The position numbers were made by a program, and so were the translations under genes. DNA of 64,000 nucleotides from Octopus vulgaris (taxonomy: Eukaryota), in the NCBI GenBank assembly GCA_951406725.2, contig OX597814.1, positions 203,608,001-203,672,000 of the forward strand, written 5' to 3'. The notes under the pieces were generated by a model, which saw nothing but the letters and a program-made list of their open reading frames with translations, was not told the origin of the DNA and did not search any database. Every line of letters starts with the position of its first letter. Position 1 is the stretch's first letter. Shown one piece after another: positions 63,901-64,000 of this stretch.

Positions 63901-64000
63901 ATACTTAAATCATCTTAAAAAGCATTCAATTAGTTATGGGAAAAATATCTGAAATATCGCATCTACTTGATACTGCAGGTTGTTTGTTGATAATGAAGGC

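Overview
Eukaryotic, AT-rich, repeat-dense DNA. The SINE/RTE families and microsatellites point to an octopus-like cephalopod genome (inference). I found no intact long protein-coding gene, rRNA, true tRNA gene or CRISPR array, and most ORF-track entries are microsatellite or repeat noise. A CpG-retaining island at about 8.0-10.2 kb looks like a promoter with a short first coding exon (MDTNAISYKIEPVMRE, 8429-8477, + strand). The remaining ~55 kb is CpG-depleted and is probably that gene's large intron. It contains decayed transposons: a Mag-like Gypsy LTR element (25.7-29.7 kb), RTE, CR1, Tx1 and R4-like LINE fragments, four Tc1/mariner copies, hAT, TTAA-type and Helitron-like non-autonomous elements, and many tRNA-derived SINEs, several of them nested. 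The best leads are: a type I hammerhead-ribozyme-like core heading a ~310-nt multi-hairpin element (61.24-61.55 kb); two phase-compatible exon-like segments that each carry an in-frame TGA (6.4-6.8 kb); a tandemly amplified H-type pseudoknot-like motif in RTE/SINE 3' ends; a 75-nt near-perfect hairpin (24.0 kb); and a candidate 18-nt microexon. All were read by eye and none has been database-checked.
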